A DNA stretch of 64,000 bases from Tubiluchus corallicola (Eukaryota; Animalia; Priapulida). Below the pieces are notes generated by a model, which was given only the letters and a program-made list of their open reading frames with translations, did no database searches and was not told the origin of the DNA. Shown piece by piece: positions 26,001-38,060 of the stretch. Position numbers and translations under genes: made by a program. Positions within the stretch are counted from its first letter, which is position 1. Every line of letters begins with the position of its first letter. The stretch covers positions 372,001 through 436,000 of the forward strand of contig JAQGDQ010000114.1 of NCBI GenBank assembly GCA_030141605.1, given 5' to 3'.

Positions 26001-29000
26001 TTTAAACTTTCTCTTGGATTGCTACCTCCTGCCTTTAAAACAAGAATCTTTCTTGTCAAATGATGAGATTGAAGCACTGTTTGGCAATATTCAAGAAATA
26101 GTTCAATTTCAACGATTGTTTCTGCAAAGTCTGGAGGAAGCTTTCCAATCAGAGCAAAACTTTTACAACTATGATGAGCCACGCCAGTTCACGGTATGTT
26201 AGGGAAAGATTTTCTCATCTCGTTTCGATGAGCAAGAAAACATTTTGTAGGAGAATTTTGTTTTATTTTTTTAATTTAGTGGCTTTTACATGTGAGGAAA
26301 TCACAACCAAAAATTATTTCTATCACTTTTAATTTACAAAATGTCTTGATGTCTTTTTTTCAGAGAATATTGTTTTCTCTTGGAGGCTCATTCTTATACT
26401 ATGCTAGTCATTTTAAGCTGTACAGCTCATTTTGTGCCAGTCATTCTAAAGCACAAAAAGTGCTCCAACCAGGTAAGTAGCTTTAACTATTTGCTTATTT
26501 ATTTACCTGTTTCTTCTTGATTTTTTATGGTGTTAATGCACAGCTGCAGCTGATAGAATAACAGACATTCTTCCTTTCCTTGCATCTTGAATCTTTCTCA
26601 GTCTATAGATTAAAAGGATTAGACATTATTCAAAACATAAAGTAATTTGTAATGTAATATGAATTTTCTGACTTGTTTTCACTCTTAGCTGATGATAATC
26701 AAGCATTTATGGAGTGTCTATCTTCAAGAAATCCAAACTAACAGCATTCTTGTACACTATAGTCCTACCGTATTAAGCCAATACAGAGAATTCTAAATTA
26801 TCCGTTACTGCTGGCTCAGTTTGATTAAAAGGATTAGACATTATTCATAACGTAAAATAATTTGCAATTTAATATGAATTTTCTGACTTGTTTTCACTCT
26901 TAGCTGACGATAACCAAGCATTTATGGAGTTTCTGTCTTCAAGAAATCCAAACCAACAGCATTCTTGTACATTAGAGTCCTACCTCATTAAGCCAATTCA
27001 GAGAATTCTAAAATATCCGTTACTGCTGGCTCAGTTAAAGTCTCTTACCGAACTGGACACAGATGAACATTATCATTTGTCAGGTAAGAAGTTCGAAATC
27101 TATGTTTTACGTAAAGTCAACACTGTGTCTTCACCATTATTGTTACGAAACTAGCGATTTTTCATTGCTTATGTGCTCTCTCTCTCTCTCTATAATTAAT
27201 AGCAACTGCATTTAATTTGAGTGCAAATGCATTGTTGACACCATGCCGCTTAAAGAATTTTCCAAATAAAACTATACTTAAGCATCGCAAAATCTGTCAC
27301 ATCTTGGTTAGAAATGAATTTTCTGGAAAATGATCACAATGGTATAACAAACCTCACCGAGTGTGGTGTAGATCTCCAGCACACCTTTTCCAATATTATT
27401 ATTACATATCGCTAATGCATTATTTTTGCAATTTTTTTTTGTTGACAGAAGCGCTACGTGAAATGGAAGCAGTAGCAAATCATATTAATGAAATGCAACG
27501 GATTTATGAAGAATATGGGGAGGTTTTTGAAGGTCTAGTGCAGCAGCATCTGCAAACTTCAAAGCAGGTAAATATCGTTCCTGAATCTCATTTGATTTCA
27601 TAGTGTAAATTTTCTGTAAACTTTTACGACTGAATTACATATTCATCTCTGTTTAAGTTAATTTTCTCTAGAACATTTCATGAACCTGTTTGAAAAGAAT
27701 TAATTGTCAGGTAGCCATTTTTCCAGTTATTAGTATTTCAGTTTTGTGTAAGTAATCTTTCACATTGTCTACATGCTTAGGTAATGTTTTAGAAGTATGC
27801 GTTTTTAATGGATGCTCCTGAATACTCAGTAAATTCTCCTTTCCAATCCCAATGAGGTGGAAAAACAAACATAGCTCTACTACTCACACTTATAGAATTG
27901 TGATATGAATTATTGAAATAATAATAAAAATTGCAACTCCAAATCAATTTTTATTATGTTCAATCTAGTAAAGCTGTTGTTAAATTAATAATTTAACTTA
28001 GCTCTTTTCAGTTTTCATTAAATGCATTTTTGTGGCAGAATTTAATAGAATAATGGGTAATAAGATTTTATTTTTGCAAGTTGAGGATTATTCCTAAAAA
28101 TGATTGGCGAGTTGCCAAATTATTCTTTTCCTTTCTAGTTGAACCTTACTTCATCTTATAGCTTTTCATATTGTAATTGTATAATATTGCAGTGTGTGAG
28201 AACAGTAACTGTAAAAAATATATTATATTGTTGTTGAAGGATATGTTTTTAAATCATTTTCAAGTACAACCTCATAACTATTCCTTTATAAAATCTCCGT
28301 AGTCTGTTTTTCTTTTGCCGCAGATTGTGGACCTTAGCCTTGGAGACATGCTTTGTTATGGATGCATTGAATGGGTTAATGTTTTGGACTTTATTGGAAA
28401 GATGAAGAAGGGTTTAGATCTGTTTACCATTTGCTTTGTTTTTCGGTCGGCTCTAGTCATCCTTTGCAAGGAAAAGAACAAGCAGAAGAAGAAAATAATG
28501 GTGAGCTGTTTGACAATTGTGAACCTTTTTATTTTTTTGTCTTACCTAAGTTTTCTCCTATTTTCCCCATGATTTTTATAGTAAACTAATAAACTTTTGT
28601 TGAAGTTTGGGTAATAGATGTCTTTGTATGTTTTTGCCGTAAAATGAGTATTTTTAAATTGTGTAGGAATTAAATTAAATGTGTTTACCCAATTACAGTA
28701 ATGGGTATGGCACATAAAACAAAAAAGTAGCTTAGTTATTTTTTAACAAAACGATCAAGCTAGAATTCTGTATTGAATCAGAAACCCCAGAAGACATTTT
28801 TAGGGCAACTCAAACTCTTAAGGATAATTTCTTTTGCAGCTTTTTTGGCAATCTCTGTCGGATACATTGCAGTTTGTGTCACCCCTTTATAAACTGTACA
28901 ATGGGATGCTTTTCAACTATATGTGTTACACCAAAAACTGCTAGAATTACCATTACAATAAGTGATATAGTAAACCAAACAGTTTATTTCTGTAGTCGAA

Positions 29001-31972
29001 TACTTGTGTAATAAGTTTTTTTTTGTTTATTTTTTTTGCAGGGTCCTAGTAAAGTTGCTCCTGTAGATGCTGATGTCATCCGGTATCAAGTGATGATTCC
29101 TGTGAAAGAAATTGAGGTTCGGAGTCGTTCGTACGACGACATCGATTCAGCTTATTACTGGGATTTGGTTCACAAGGAATCTGAAATGCAAGATAGACCT
29201 GAGAGAGTGTACCAGTTTGCGAACAGGTATTTCTGCTTAAGCCTAATATTAGAGAATGATTATACATTCCGTAGTGAAATACTAATATTTCTGACATACT
29301 AATGCTTGTCTCTAGAACAATTTGTGTTTTATAAAATTCTGTAAATTCAAAATTTGATGTGGATTGCACGAATACTGAGCATCTGGTTTTTTGAACAGCT
29401 GTGCTGAAGAAAGAGACATGTTTGTTAAGTCAGTGAGAGACATTATCAGAGAGACGGTTCGCAGGATGTCACCACCAAAGCAACCTCTTTTGACTTCTGC
29501 AGTGCAGAAGCAGTTACAACAGGTTTTGGAAAGGAGAGCAGAAGCTCTGAGGGAAGGTTTTAAAACGTCACACAGCAAACCTTTCATTCCACATCCAAGA
29601 GAACCATTAGACAGACCTGCATCCGAATGTCTAGGTTTGAAATTAACAATTAGATTTTTGAATTTTTGTTTATTACGGAATTTTTTACGGGGTTTCGAAA
29701 TCAAAACAGCCCTGTTTTACACAACAAATTATTGTAACTATTTATATCTTTCTTTATGCAGTAGCGACATTTACCTTTACAAGGGAGTACAAACAATTAG
29801 AAAACTTTAGACTTTTCTCCTTGCATTGCTTACAAAAGATTAATTACCGCTTCAGTTGCTTTTTTTATTGGCATTTCAGTTCAAAATGTCAATGTTTTTG
29901 AAGCAAAAACTGCAAACAGTAATTCAACGCAAAGTTGCAGTGATCTTTCTAACATACCCGAACCGCCTCACGGTGAAAAAGAGCAAATAATTGTTGTTCA
30001 GAAAACACCTGATAGTAACATTGAAAGGTCTTATGAACGTAAGTATTGCACATTTTTGATAATATTTGCAACTGATTCAACTTGTTTTTAGTTTTATTGC
30101 CTTAGGTTGTAAATTTATATAAATCATATACATATAGTATAAGTTATATTTATACCTTTTATGCATACTGATTTGGCATTAAATAAGACGTTCAAGCTGT
30201 TTTTTATTTGGTTAGTGTATCTACCATTAATAGAGGAAAAAGTACTTAAATATTTATCCTAAATTTGCAGCTGATTTAATTCACCTTTAATTGCCTTTGA
30301 GACATTTCAAGCTGCTTTGTTTATTTTATTAATCTACATACATGACTAGAGGAGTGCTTAATATTTGTTGTTTCACATTCCTAGCTTTAATTTAGCATTT
30401 TTGTAAACCTTGGTAAAATAATTGATGGAACGTTAACTTTGTTTTTGCTATATCGTGCTGGTCCTTTGCGAAACAGGGTACCTGTAAGAGAGGAGAAAGG
30501 TATTTCCAGTCGCGACTAATAATTCACATACTCGGGCATTATATGAAAATGACCTAACTTTTTGGGATGGCAGAGAAAACACTAATAATTATGTAACAGT
30601 AACAGAAAGCACAAATGAATCCCACAGCTGTGGTTGAGTAATAATTCTTACTGAATATTTGTGTTTGCTACAGTAAGCTCCACATGTGGCTTTTTATTAT
30701 ACTGACACAGATGTTCACTGTCCAGTGTAATGTGTTCTTATCAGAGTCCATGGATGTTTTATTTCAGCTGATAGAATTCAACCAACATTTACCACATTCA
30801 GAGGTCTGCAATCTGATGACCACACAGGCAGTAGAGTAAGCAAGTTCAGCAGCAGTGTACCAGGTCCTCCAGTGTGGGGTGGAGATTGCATTGTTGTACA
30901 AAGTGGTACACATCAGGTTCAGCGTGTGCATGCAGTACGACCAACTTTACATCCTGCAAATATGACAACCAGTCACTCTTATCAACACAAACAAGGTAAC
31001 ACCACATGAGTTTCATGAAATTTATGAGTTTAGATGCTTTTTTAGTTATAAAGCTCAAAGCTTTTAAAACCGTGAATTTATTTGAGATATGCCTTGCCTT
31101 GCTCATTTTTTTCATATTAAAATTAAAAGTGCCCATGTATCATTTTAGGTAGTGGATTGCAGTACAATCATTCTTCAGCTGTAGAAAAATCTAGTAGGGA
31201 ACTGTCGAGTGTCTTTGCTTCCTCACAACCATTATCTTCAACATCTGATGATAATCTGCCCGTTCCACCACAGCGACTTAGCAGTTTTGTACAAATTGCT
31301 GGTCCTGCAGGAAAACAATCAGATTGCCAACCACAACCGGAGGCCACCTGTAAGCAACAGGATTATCAGCAGGTACCTAGCAAAGCCCAGCAATGCAGTG
31401 ACATGATGACAACTAGTGCTGATCGAACAAAGATGCATGTTGTACATAGTAATAGAACAGACACACCGCCTGCTGATCCTCAACAGTCAAATAAAATTAC
31501 TCGATCAAATATTATTCCGATTCAATTGTCAAACCTCACTTGTGATCATGAAGAGCATAATCCTTCGCCATATTGCCTGCCCCACCATGACATGGTGCCT
31601 CGCCCACAAAGTGTTAGTCTTCCAATGAGGCATCCAGTCAGTCTTGACATGGACAATTTTATGCGCAGTGGCAGTTCAACCAGCCTTTACGGCATCCCAG
31701 GTCAAGCAAAGCTGCCCGGGTCAAGCGCATTGATGACAAAATCCCCAAGACCAGAGAAAGAGAAAAAGCATGTGCAGATTGCACCTGGCACCCTAGTAAA
31801 ACTTTTACATTCCAGTCATTCACCTGCCGAGTATTCCACTCCACCTGAGCCTGTAAGCTCACCCGTATGGAAGCCCCGAACTCCTGTGAATTCTCCTTCT
31901 GAGCCTCCAAAAAAGTCTCCTATTTTACAGGTGCCTGATTCAAATCATACTTCTTTTCCCAGTGGTTCTTGA
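6677..31972 (+). CDS. sif: Still life (SIF type 1)-like / TIAM1-TIAM2 family Rac guanine nucleotide exchange factor, 28 coding exons, about 2103 aa
   Basis: Exons: 6677-6780, 9014-9195, 13450-13571, 13969-14037, 14353-14551, 15059-15514, 16050-16906, 17704-17828, 18041-18314, 19167-19310, 19690-19872, 21366-21541, 22573-22720, 22930-23094, 23217-23397, 23920-24204, 24727-24797, 25306-25464, 25999-26193, 26364-26472, 26904-27083, 27449-27567, 28324-28500, 29042-29226, 29399-29634, 29880-30038, 30768-30995, 31149-31972. Total 6312 nt, all GT-AG, phases join into one frame. The N-terminus [15 protein letters not shown]...[21 protein letters not shown] resembles Drosophila SIF type 1. Domain order is EVH1, PH-CC-Ex, RBD, PDZ, DH, PH. 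Exons in the low-complexity regions are less certain. Confidence 0.93.
17704..21541 (+). CDS. sif: sif exons 8-12: N-terminal PH, coiled-coil and Ex region
   Basis: GVVRKSGWLSVKN...[13 protein letters not shown]...[24 protein letters not shown]...[13 protein letters not shown]...KKMAELQL...[39 protein letters not shown], characteristic of TIAM/SIF. Confidence 0.92.
22573..24204 (+). CDS. sif: sif exons 13-16: Ras-binding domain and PDZ domain
   Basis: [29 protein letters not shown] (RBD-like); [10 protein letters not shown]...[27 protein letters not shown] (PDZ-like). Confidence 0.85.
24461..24508. repeat. (GA)n microsatellite in sif intron 16
   Basis: About 24 GA units with one GT interruption. 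Confidence 0.95.
25306..29634 (+). CDS. sif: sif exons 18-25: DH (RhoGEF) and C-terminal PH domains
   Basis: [108 protein letters not shown]. Confidence 0.95.
26608..27036 (+). repeat. Tandem duplication (period 215 bp) of an intron end plus part of DH exon 21
   Basis: Copy 1 26608-26821 and copy 2 26823-27036 both start gattaaaaggattagacattattca and end ctggctcagtt. Confidence 0.95.
26689..26821 (+). pseudogene. Pseudo-exon: truncated dead copy of sif exon 21
   Basis: Same acceptor (ttgttttcactcttag) as the real exon; 11 substitutions in 133 nt, including in-frame TAA (26739-26741) and TAG (26760-26762); the donor-containing end was not duplicated. Confidence 0.9.
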
Positions 31973-32530
31973 TAAGTATTCTTAATTAACTTGCTGTAAA
32001 TGATGATACAAACTTAAAAAGCTGTAAAAGCTGCTATATCAAATATAGTTCTCTAAATAGTTTTGTTGCATCATTAATTTTGTTTTAGCTAAATAACAAC
32101 ATTAAGGTGTTTCTACTAAGAAGTGATAGTTGCCAAAAATGTTTTCTGTACTTCTTTACTTTTACAGGGATTGCATATATGTGAATATGATGTAAGATGC
32201 ATATGTACAAATTATTTCATACTATGCATAGTTTGTGCGCATACCATGCAAATGTTAAATAATCATGTAGTATTTACTTTTTCCATTATTTACTGGAGAA
32301 AAGTAAATAATTTTTAAATTTTGCGTAAGTTTTTAAGGTGAGTGTTTTCTCCAACCAAAACTTGGATTTTATGCTAGGATGTAAAATTGCAGTATTATTT
32401 GCTAACTGTAATATGGTATATCTAGTAGAAAAGTAATGATGGAGATGTTGTGAACTTTAGTGAGAATAACGATATTATTATGAGCTTCTTGTGGAAGTCT
32501 GTGTACAATTTCTATATTGAAGAAAGCGCA

Positions 32531-32765
32531 AATAAAATCTTATCTAATCTGATGTAATAATTGTCTTTTATATGGAGCTTTGGTTGCCCTTTAATAAATT
32601 GCGATAGATCTAGTAATAATTATTATCTTCCAGCTATACCTATCACTGTTGTAACACGTTTCTAATGTTACTATATTAGTAATTTCTATACAAGTGATTG
32701 CTTATTGTCACAGCTGTTTATTGTGTCTCTAGGTGTATTGTAGCACATTACAAGCAATAAATAAA
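32531..32765 (+). terminator. Candidate sif polyadenylation signals
   Basis: AATAAA at 32531 and 32593, and overlapping AATAAATAAA at ~32756 followed by GT-rich sequence, 0.55-0.8 kb after the stop codon. Confidence 0.4.
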
Positions 32766-33099
32766 GTTTCTTGGCTAATTCTTTATGTAGGTTAATAGCA
32801 ATATATTACTTGATATTATTGTGCTGCATTTAGGAACACGTACCAATGTTTGCTTGTTATCATTTGTTATACCTGACCTGTTAAGCGATGTTGTATGTTG
32901 TTTCATTTATTTTTGATCTTCGTTTTATAATTTTGTTATGACAGTTTATAAAAAGACCAATGTTGAAAAAACAAACAAGTAGTCGTAATTAAATCAATGA
33001 ATGTTTTAGCCCCGTTGTTGCTCAGAGGCAAAACTTTAAGCATGGTGCAACCCCACAATTAATGTGATGAACTTTGGACTGCTTTGATCACTGGGGTAA

Positions 33100-33175
33100 T
33101 ATATTGGTTTAGCAGTTCAAGGCATTTCCCTTATAAAGAGCAGGTTCCTGGGTCAAGTCCAGCCTGTATAGCAAC
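33100..33175 (+). mobile_element. Degenerate tRNA-like sequence (probable tRNA-derived SINE head)
   Basis: A-box-like tggtttagcagtt and B-box-like gggtcaagtcc at tRNA-like spacing; no convincing cloverleaf. Confidence 0.35.
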
Positions 33176-35497
33176 TTTTTCACATTTCCTGTCTATTAAA
33201 TTATAAAGATTTAATTAATTGTGGATTTGTACCTTCATTAATAATGATCCTAATATGAAGAGTCTAAAAATTAATTTTAACTTATTTAGAGATGACTACC
33301 TGCTTTGTTTTTCTTTGAGCATTGGTCTTTTTATGGATCTCAACTTAAGATTTCCTTCATGGCAGATTCAGAAACACAAAAAGGCAGCATAGAATAAGGT
33401 TGATTTATATTTTATGGGGTGTGCCAAATATACCAATTTCATTGATGTGCGAGTCTAATGCATAAAGAAAGAAACTGATGTTTTTTTATATTAGGGGCCA
33501 CTAGTTTGTGTTGGTTAGTTGGTTTTAAAAGTTTGCCTAAAATTTGCATCATGTTATTAAGCCATTTATACGAATGTTTATGAGCATGAGTAGCGAGCTT
33601 AATACATTGTTAGCCTAGCAATTTTAAATTTCTAAGCGATGCAATTTCACCGGCCAATTTAAAGTTATCATATTTTTAGAAATGATAATACTCTTAGTTC
33701 ATATGTATATTTATTCTGCTTAGGTATATCCTTATACTTTCTAGGAAATTAATCTTTTATCTCATAAAGTGCAAAAGTGCAGCAATTTTGCATTATGTAT
33801 TTAGCTCTAAGTTTACTGTAAAAGTTGCCAATATAATTACCTGTACATGTGTAATTGTGCACCACCGTGATGTTATTGTTTGAAGTGAATCTTCTTGCGG
33901 TAAATGTCCCTGTTAAGTATTTAACTAGCTCGTTTATTTGAAAGGGTACCATGTTTATAGCAAACTAAAGATTTTAACATACAAAAGTTGTTATTTGTAA
34001 TCATAAATGTAAACACAGAATAATTTTGTTTGTGTTGGCATTTTAGCAAATTAACGGACGTACGTTACTCTGATAAAAACAGGAAATTATAAAGTTTAAA
34101 ATGCCTTTCTAATAATAGATATAGCAGTGTATATAATAGTGAATTATTAAGATTCTGCATATAGCAAAATCTTAGTGTTTACGTGTTGTTTTTCTTTTTT
34201 GAAATATGATTTAATCTTAATTGCCAAACGTCTAAATGCTTGTAGTTCAGTTTCAAATGACATCACAAAAAGCCTTTAAAGTTTGCGTACATCAAACGTG
34301 TTATGCCTTATATTTTCAAAGTATTTATCGGTATTTTGTAGGCTTAGTGTGCAAAACAGTATATGTTCACGTTGCTTGGAAGTGGCCTAATTAGGTTGTA
34401 GCTTTTGCTAAGCTGGAAAGCAAGCTTTTCATAGACTTTTTATATCGCTTTTTGATTATCTTCTTATTTAATATTTGAGTTAAATTGTATTACGTCGTGC
34501 TATACTGTAGACTTTTATCTGTGAACGAAGTGATTGCAATTGCTAAAGAATTATTTTACATTTACTGTTTAAAATGCAAGAATTTTGTAACAAGGAAGCA
34601 AGTTAGTTAAGTTATAAAACTGATATCAATATTAGTTGATGATAATATTTGTTTAAAACTTCACTAACATGTAACAGTAACAGTGACAATTAAAAATGTA
34701 ACAGTAACGCAATCTTTGCCTTTGTTAAAGCTTGCTTATAGTTGTTAACTAAGTAATGATATATATATATAGTTCATAATTAATATGGCATAATGTTACT
34801 GTTCATTTATTATTACTTAGCTGTTAGTAGCTAAGTAAGTAGGTACCTAAGAACCAGGCATGAAATGCTTATGTGTTTTTGATTCCTGATTCTATGCTGG
34901 TTGTAAAGTTGTATTTATTACTTTTGGTGACAAATTGAAAATACGTAATTCTTATGAATGAAAAGAATTTAAGGTGAATTTGGGATTTTGTCATATTCTT
35001 CTTCTAGTAAAGAAAATAAGCAGTTACTATGACAAATCAAAATCGCATAATCACATAAAAAGCGCATTCGTGCTTGTTGAATGTTAAACCAATATAATGC
35101 ATTAAATTAAAATTAAATGACTAAAATGTACATGATTTTATACGTCTTAATCTTGCACGTTTATGAATCTCTACAAATTCCTAACTGTACATGCATGGGT
35201 AGGTGATGTTAAGGGCCCTTCGTTAATTATACATGTATGAAGGGATTTTGGGTTCGTATATATTTTTGTGTTGCACGTATGCATGGTTATGTTAATAGCT
35301 GCATGTGTTTTCTATACTTGTAATATAATTAATAGCGTGCATATGTACTCCAAATTAGTATAGTGCATTTCACTTTTAATGCGTCATCAATCCTGTTGAA
35401 AGTGACAAATGGAAAAAAATACTCACAAAGCGTCGGTAAAAATGGCACTTGAAGTTCTAAGTAATAATTTGCAACTAAAAAATAAGTCAGAGTACTT

Positions 35498-35507
35498 AAT
35501 AGTAATA

Positions 35508-35536
<29 letters not shown>
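35498..35536. repeat. (AAT)n microsatellite
   Basis: Imperfect aat run. Confidence 0.85.
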
Positions 35537-35538
<2 letters not shown>

Positions 35539-36464
35539 TGTGTCACACTTTACCACCGTACAACTGCGACGCTGTTTCTTTTACATGATTATTTATTGTA
35601 CCAGCTTGAAGAAATAACTATGATTTCGTACGTACGAGTACCGACGTCATTGGAAGTCTCCACGCCTCCGTTAATTGCGACTAAAAAGAGTTGCCTTCGA
35701 CAGATAAAAAGAGAGTACTTAACAAGTTCAACAATTACTAGTAGGATTTTGCTCCCAAACAGTTAACGACTTGACATGCTATCAAATTTGCGAAGTAACA
35801 GTTTAAAACAGTTGTGTCATAATTTGTAAGAAAATGATAATTACTAAAACTGTACCAAAGAGCGAATTAAAACAAATACACATACGTATTTTTATTAATT
35901 TACTATTCGGCAAGCTTGTTGTTATGACAAAGGTATCAAAACTTATGATAACTTCGTGTTGTATAGTGGATGTATACTTATATAAACCAGTAGTCTATGT
36001 CCTGTATCATTTTTTCATTGCAGAAGAAATTGTGAGAACAAATTAAATATTTTAGAGTCCTGTTAACTGCTGATACAAACTGGAGACTCTCTGCATTAAT
36101 GAACATCATAGGACTACATGTAGGCTTATTGTTATTAGTACAATTTTTAGGCTTATTTTTAATAATGAAGTTTATTAGTGACGTCCAATAAATTTAACAA
36201 GCACAACATTACAAGAAGTTATAAACTAGCGACGTATATCCAGTCTGAGCAAAACGATGTATCACAATAGCAGCTAGAGTTGCAAGAAATTACTACTGAA
36301 GTTATATAGATACAACATTATAGCAGCTATGTCTCTAGCATTTAATATATGTTACTACTTATACGTTATATACATTTAAATGTCAAAGAAATAAAAATCG
36401 TACCTTCGGTAAATAGGCTTATGTACACATACAAAAATAATATATAAAAATAAATGCGTAAAAA

Positions 36465-37223
36465 TCACTTTGGTAATGGAGAGTGTTGAAATTTGGATAA
36501 GCATGTTGGATAAGGCACTGTACGTGTGCACTGAGTACAAGCACAGGGAAGTGGCCACCGACTGTACCCCTCAACACCCATGTGGAAATTGTGTGGAACT
36601 GTTGGTAATTTCGGTATCTCATCCTTCAAATGGCTGTGAGGGGATAGCGCCTCGGGAGAAGGATGTTGTCGCAAGGCTGGAAGACGAGGGGTAGATGAAG
36701 TAGGTAGACGCGGAAGTGGACTAGTAGTTGAGGGTGTCACAGTGCACAGAGATGTCCTCACTCTGTTAGTTATTGGGTGACTTTGATAAACATCACTAAC
36801 CAAACGTTTCATTTCCTCTAGCGAGCTGGACAACATCAGAATGTAGTTCCTTGCCAGCAACAACGTTGCGATTTTGGATAGTTTTCGAACAGAGGGACCA
36901 TTAGCGTAGGGCATCACCTCTCGAAGTCCATCCAGAGCGGAATTCAGGTCATGCATTCTCTTCCTTTCTCTACTGTTGATCTTTAGCCTCAGGTCTTGCT
37001 GTTCTTCTTCGCTCAGGTCCCTTGTGGACTTCAGTGAGTTCTTGCGCGCTGCAGCCGCCAGCTTAACGTACGGTTCAATGTCATGGTCCTTGAAGCCCAT
37101 CGATTTCAGATTCTGTCGAGAGAACTTGTCCCTGCTCATCTCACTGTCATCTGTTGAACAGCTATTGCAGTCGCCATCATCTGTAACGTTAATCAGTTGT
37201 TCTGGAGTTTGTTCTGATGCCAT
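36465..37223 (-). CDS. Olig: Olig-family bHLH transcription factor (OLIG1/2/3 co-orthologue), single coding exon, 252 aa
   Basis: The b[72 protein letters not shown] has Olig2/3 residues ([23 protein letters not shown]) rather than Beta3/bHLHe22 residues (NINARERRR, DELRxVIPY, AKNY). The C-terminal [10 protein letters not shown] matches the Olig PCxCxxC motif. First ATG at 37223. Confidence 0.95.
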   Translation of the reverse strand: MASEQTPEQLINVTDDGDCNSCSTDDSEMSRDKFSRQNLKSMGFKDHDIEPYVKLAAAARKNSLKSTRDLSEEEQQDLRLKINSRERKRMHDLNSALDGLREVMPYANGPSVRKLSKIATLLLARNYILMLSSSLEEMKRLVSDVYQSHPITNRVRTSLCTVTPSTTSPLPRLPTSSTPRLPALRQHPSPEALSPHSHLKDEIPKLPTVPHNFHMGVEGYSRWPLPCACTQCTRTVPYPTCLSKFQHSPLPK

Positions 37224-37439
37224 AGCGTTACACAACCGCAACACAGTTTTAGTAAAATCTTATTGTTACAATAATTATTTTCTTAAATTTTTAGTCCTTT
37301 TGAATTTCTACTCCTTTGTCACTTAAACGAGTAATTCGCTTGCCAACAGAAAGGAGCGTTTCTTCGTAGACATTAGACCAGATGTATTCATTTCCACATT
37401 TAGAAGACCACGGTTAGCCCACCACACGACGAGTTCGTC

Positions 37440-38060
37440 AGACTGACTGAGTATGTCTTTTAGACTTTTACATTACTCGTTCATTACCTGTAAAGCCACT
37501 TCTGCGATGTTCACACCTTTGGTCAATAGCGCCGAGGGAATTCTAGTAGAATGCCAAAGATATTATGCCGAAGTCAAATAGCGCAAATTGCACAGTTCAC
37601 TGCTCTCAAATATGATGTTTAGAACACCTTCTGTTGCCTTGCGGTTGCAAGACGCATTGACTTTAATTAACAGTCTTCAACATGTATTGTTGTATTGCTT
37701 GGTACAGTTTGTTAAACACTTTGTACTAATTGGTAATTAAACAAAGTCTTGCTTGGAACTTCAATAACCGGTGGCAAGGAGTAAACTTGAAACTACCCTT
37801 CAAAAATAATTCAAATGTCAGTGCAAATTTAGAGGTGTCTTGCGTCGTCTAGCACGCACAGGTGAGTTGTGGGTGATTAACAGCAACTACATACTACATG
37901 GTCCCTGGACTGAAACATATGATTTTAACGCGTTTCCAGGTTTATATGTACGTCACTTATAGACTCCAATAATTACGCCAGCATTGAGACCTCCTGCAAT
38001 CAGGGACCAATCACGCAACAAAGTTCCATTATCGTTACCCAATCAGGTGACGGCATGTTG
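37440..38060 (-). promoter_or_regulatory. Candidate Olig core and proximal promoter
   Basis: Inr-like TCAGTCAGTC on the minus strand at 37441-37450, with TGTAAAAG about 25 nt upstream; two CCAAT boxes (~38007, ~38039); CAGGTG E-boxes (~37859, ~38044); locally CpG-rich. Motif-level evidence only. Confidence 0.3.

Noticed and set aside
26689-26821. Mutually exclusive alternative coding exon
   Set aside because: Two in-frame stops and no donor; recorded as a pseudo-exon instead.
33064-33170. C/D box snoRNA (GTGATGA) or a true tRNA gene
   Set aside because: No CTGA D box at a suitable distance, and no acceptor or anticodon stems for a tRNA.
36470-37326. Plus-strand ORFs overlapping Olig (also antisense ORFs over sif exons and CCDC149)
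   Set aside because: Shadow frames of real coding sequence.
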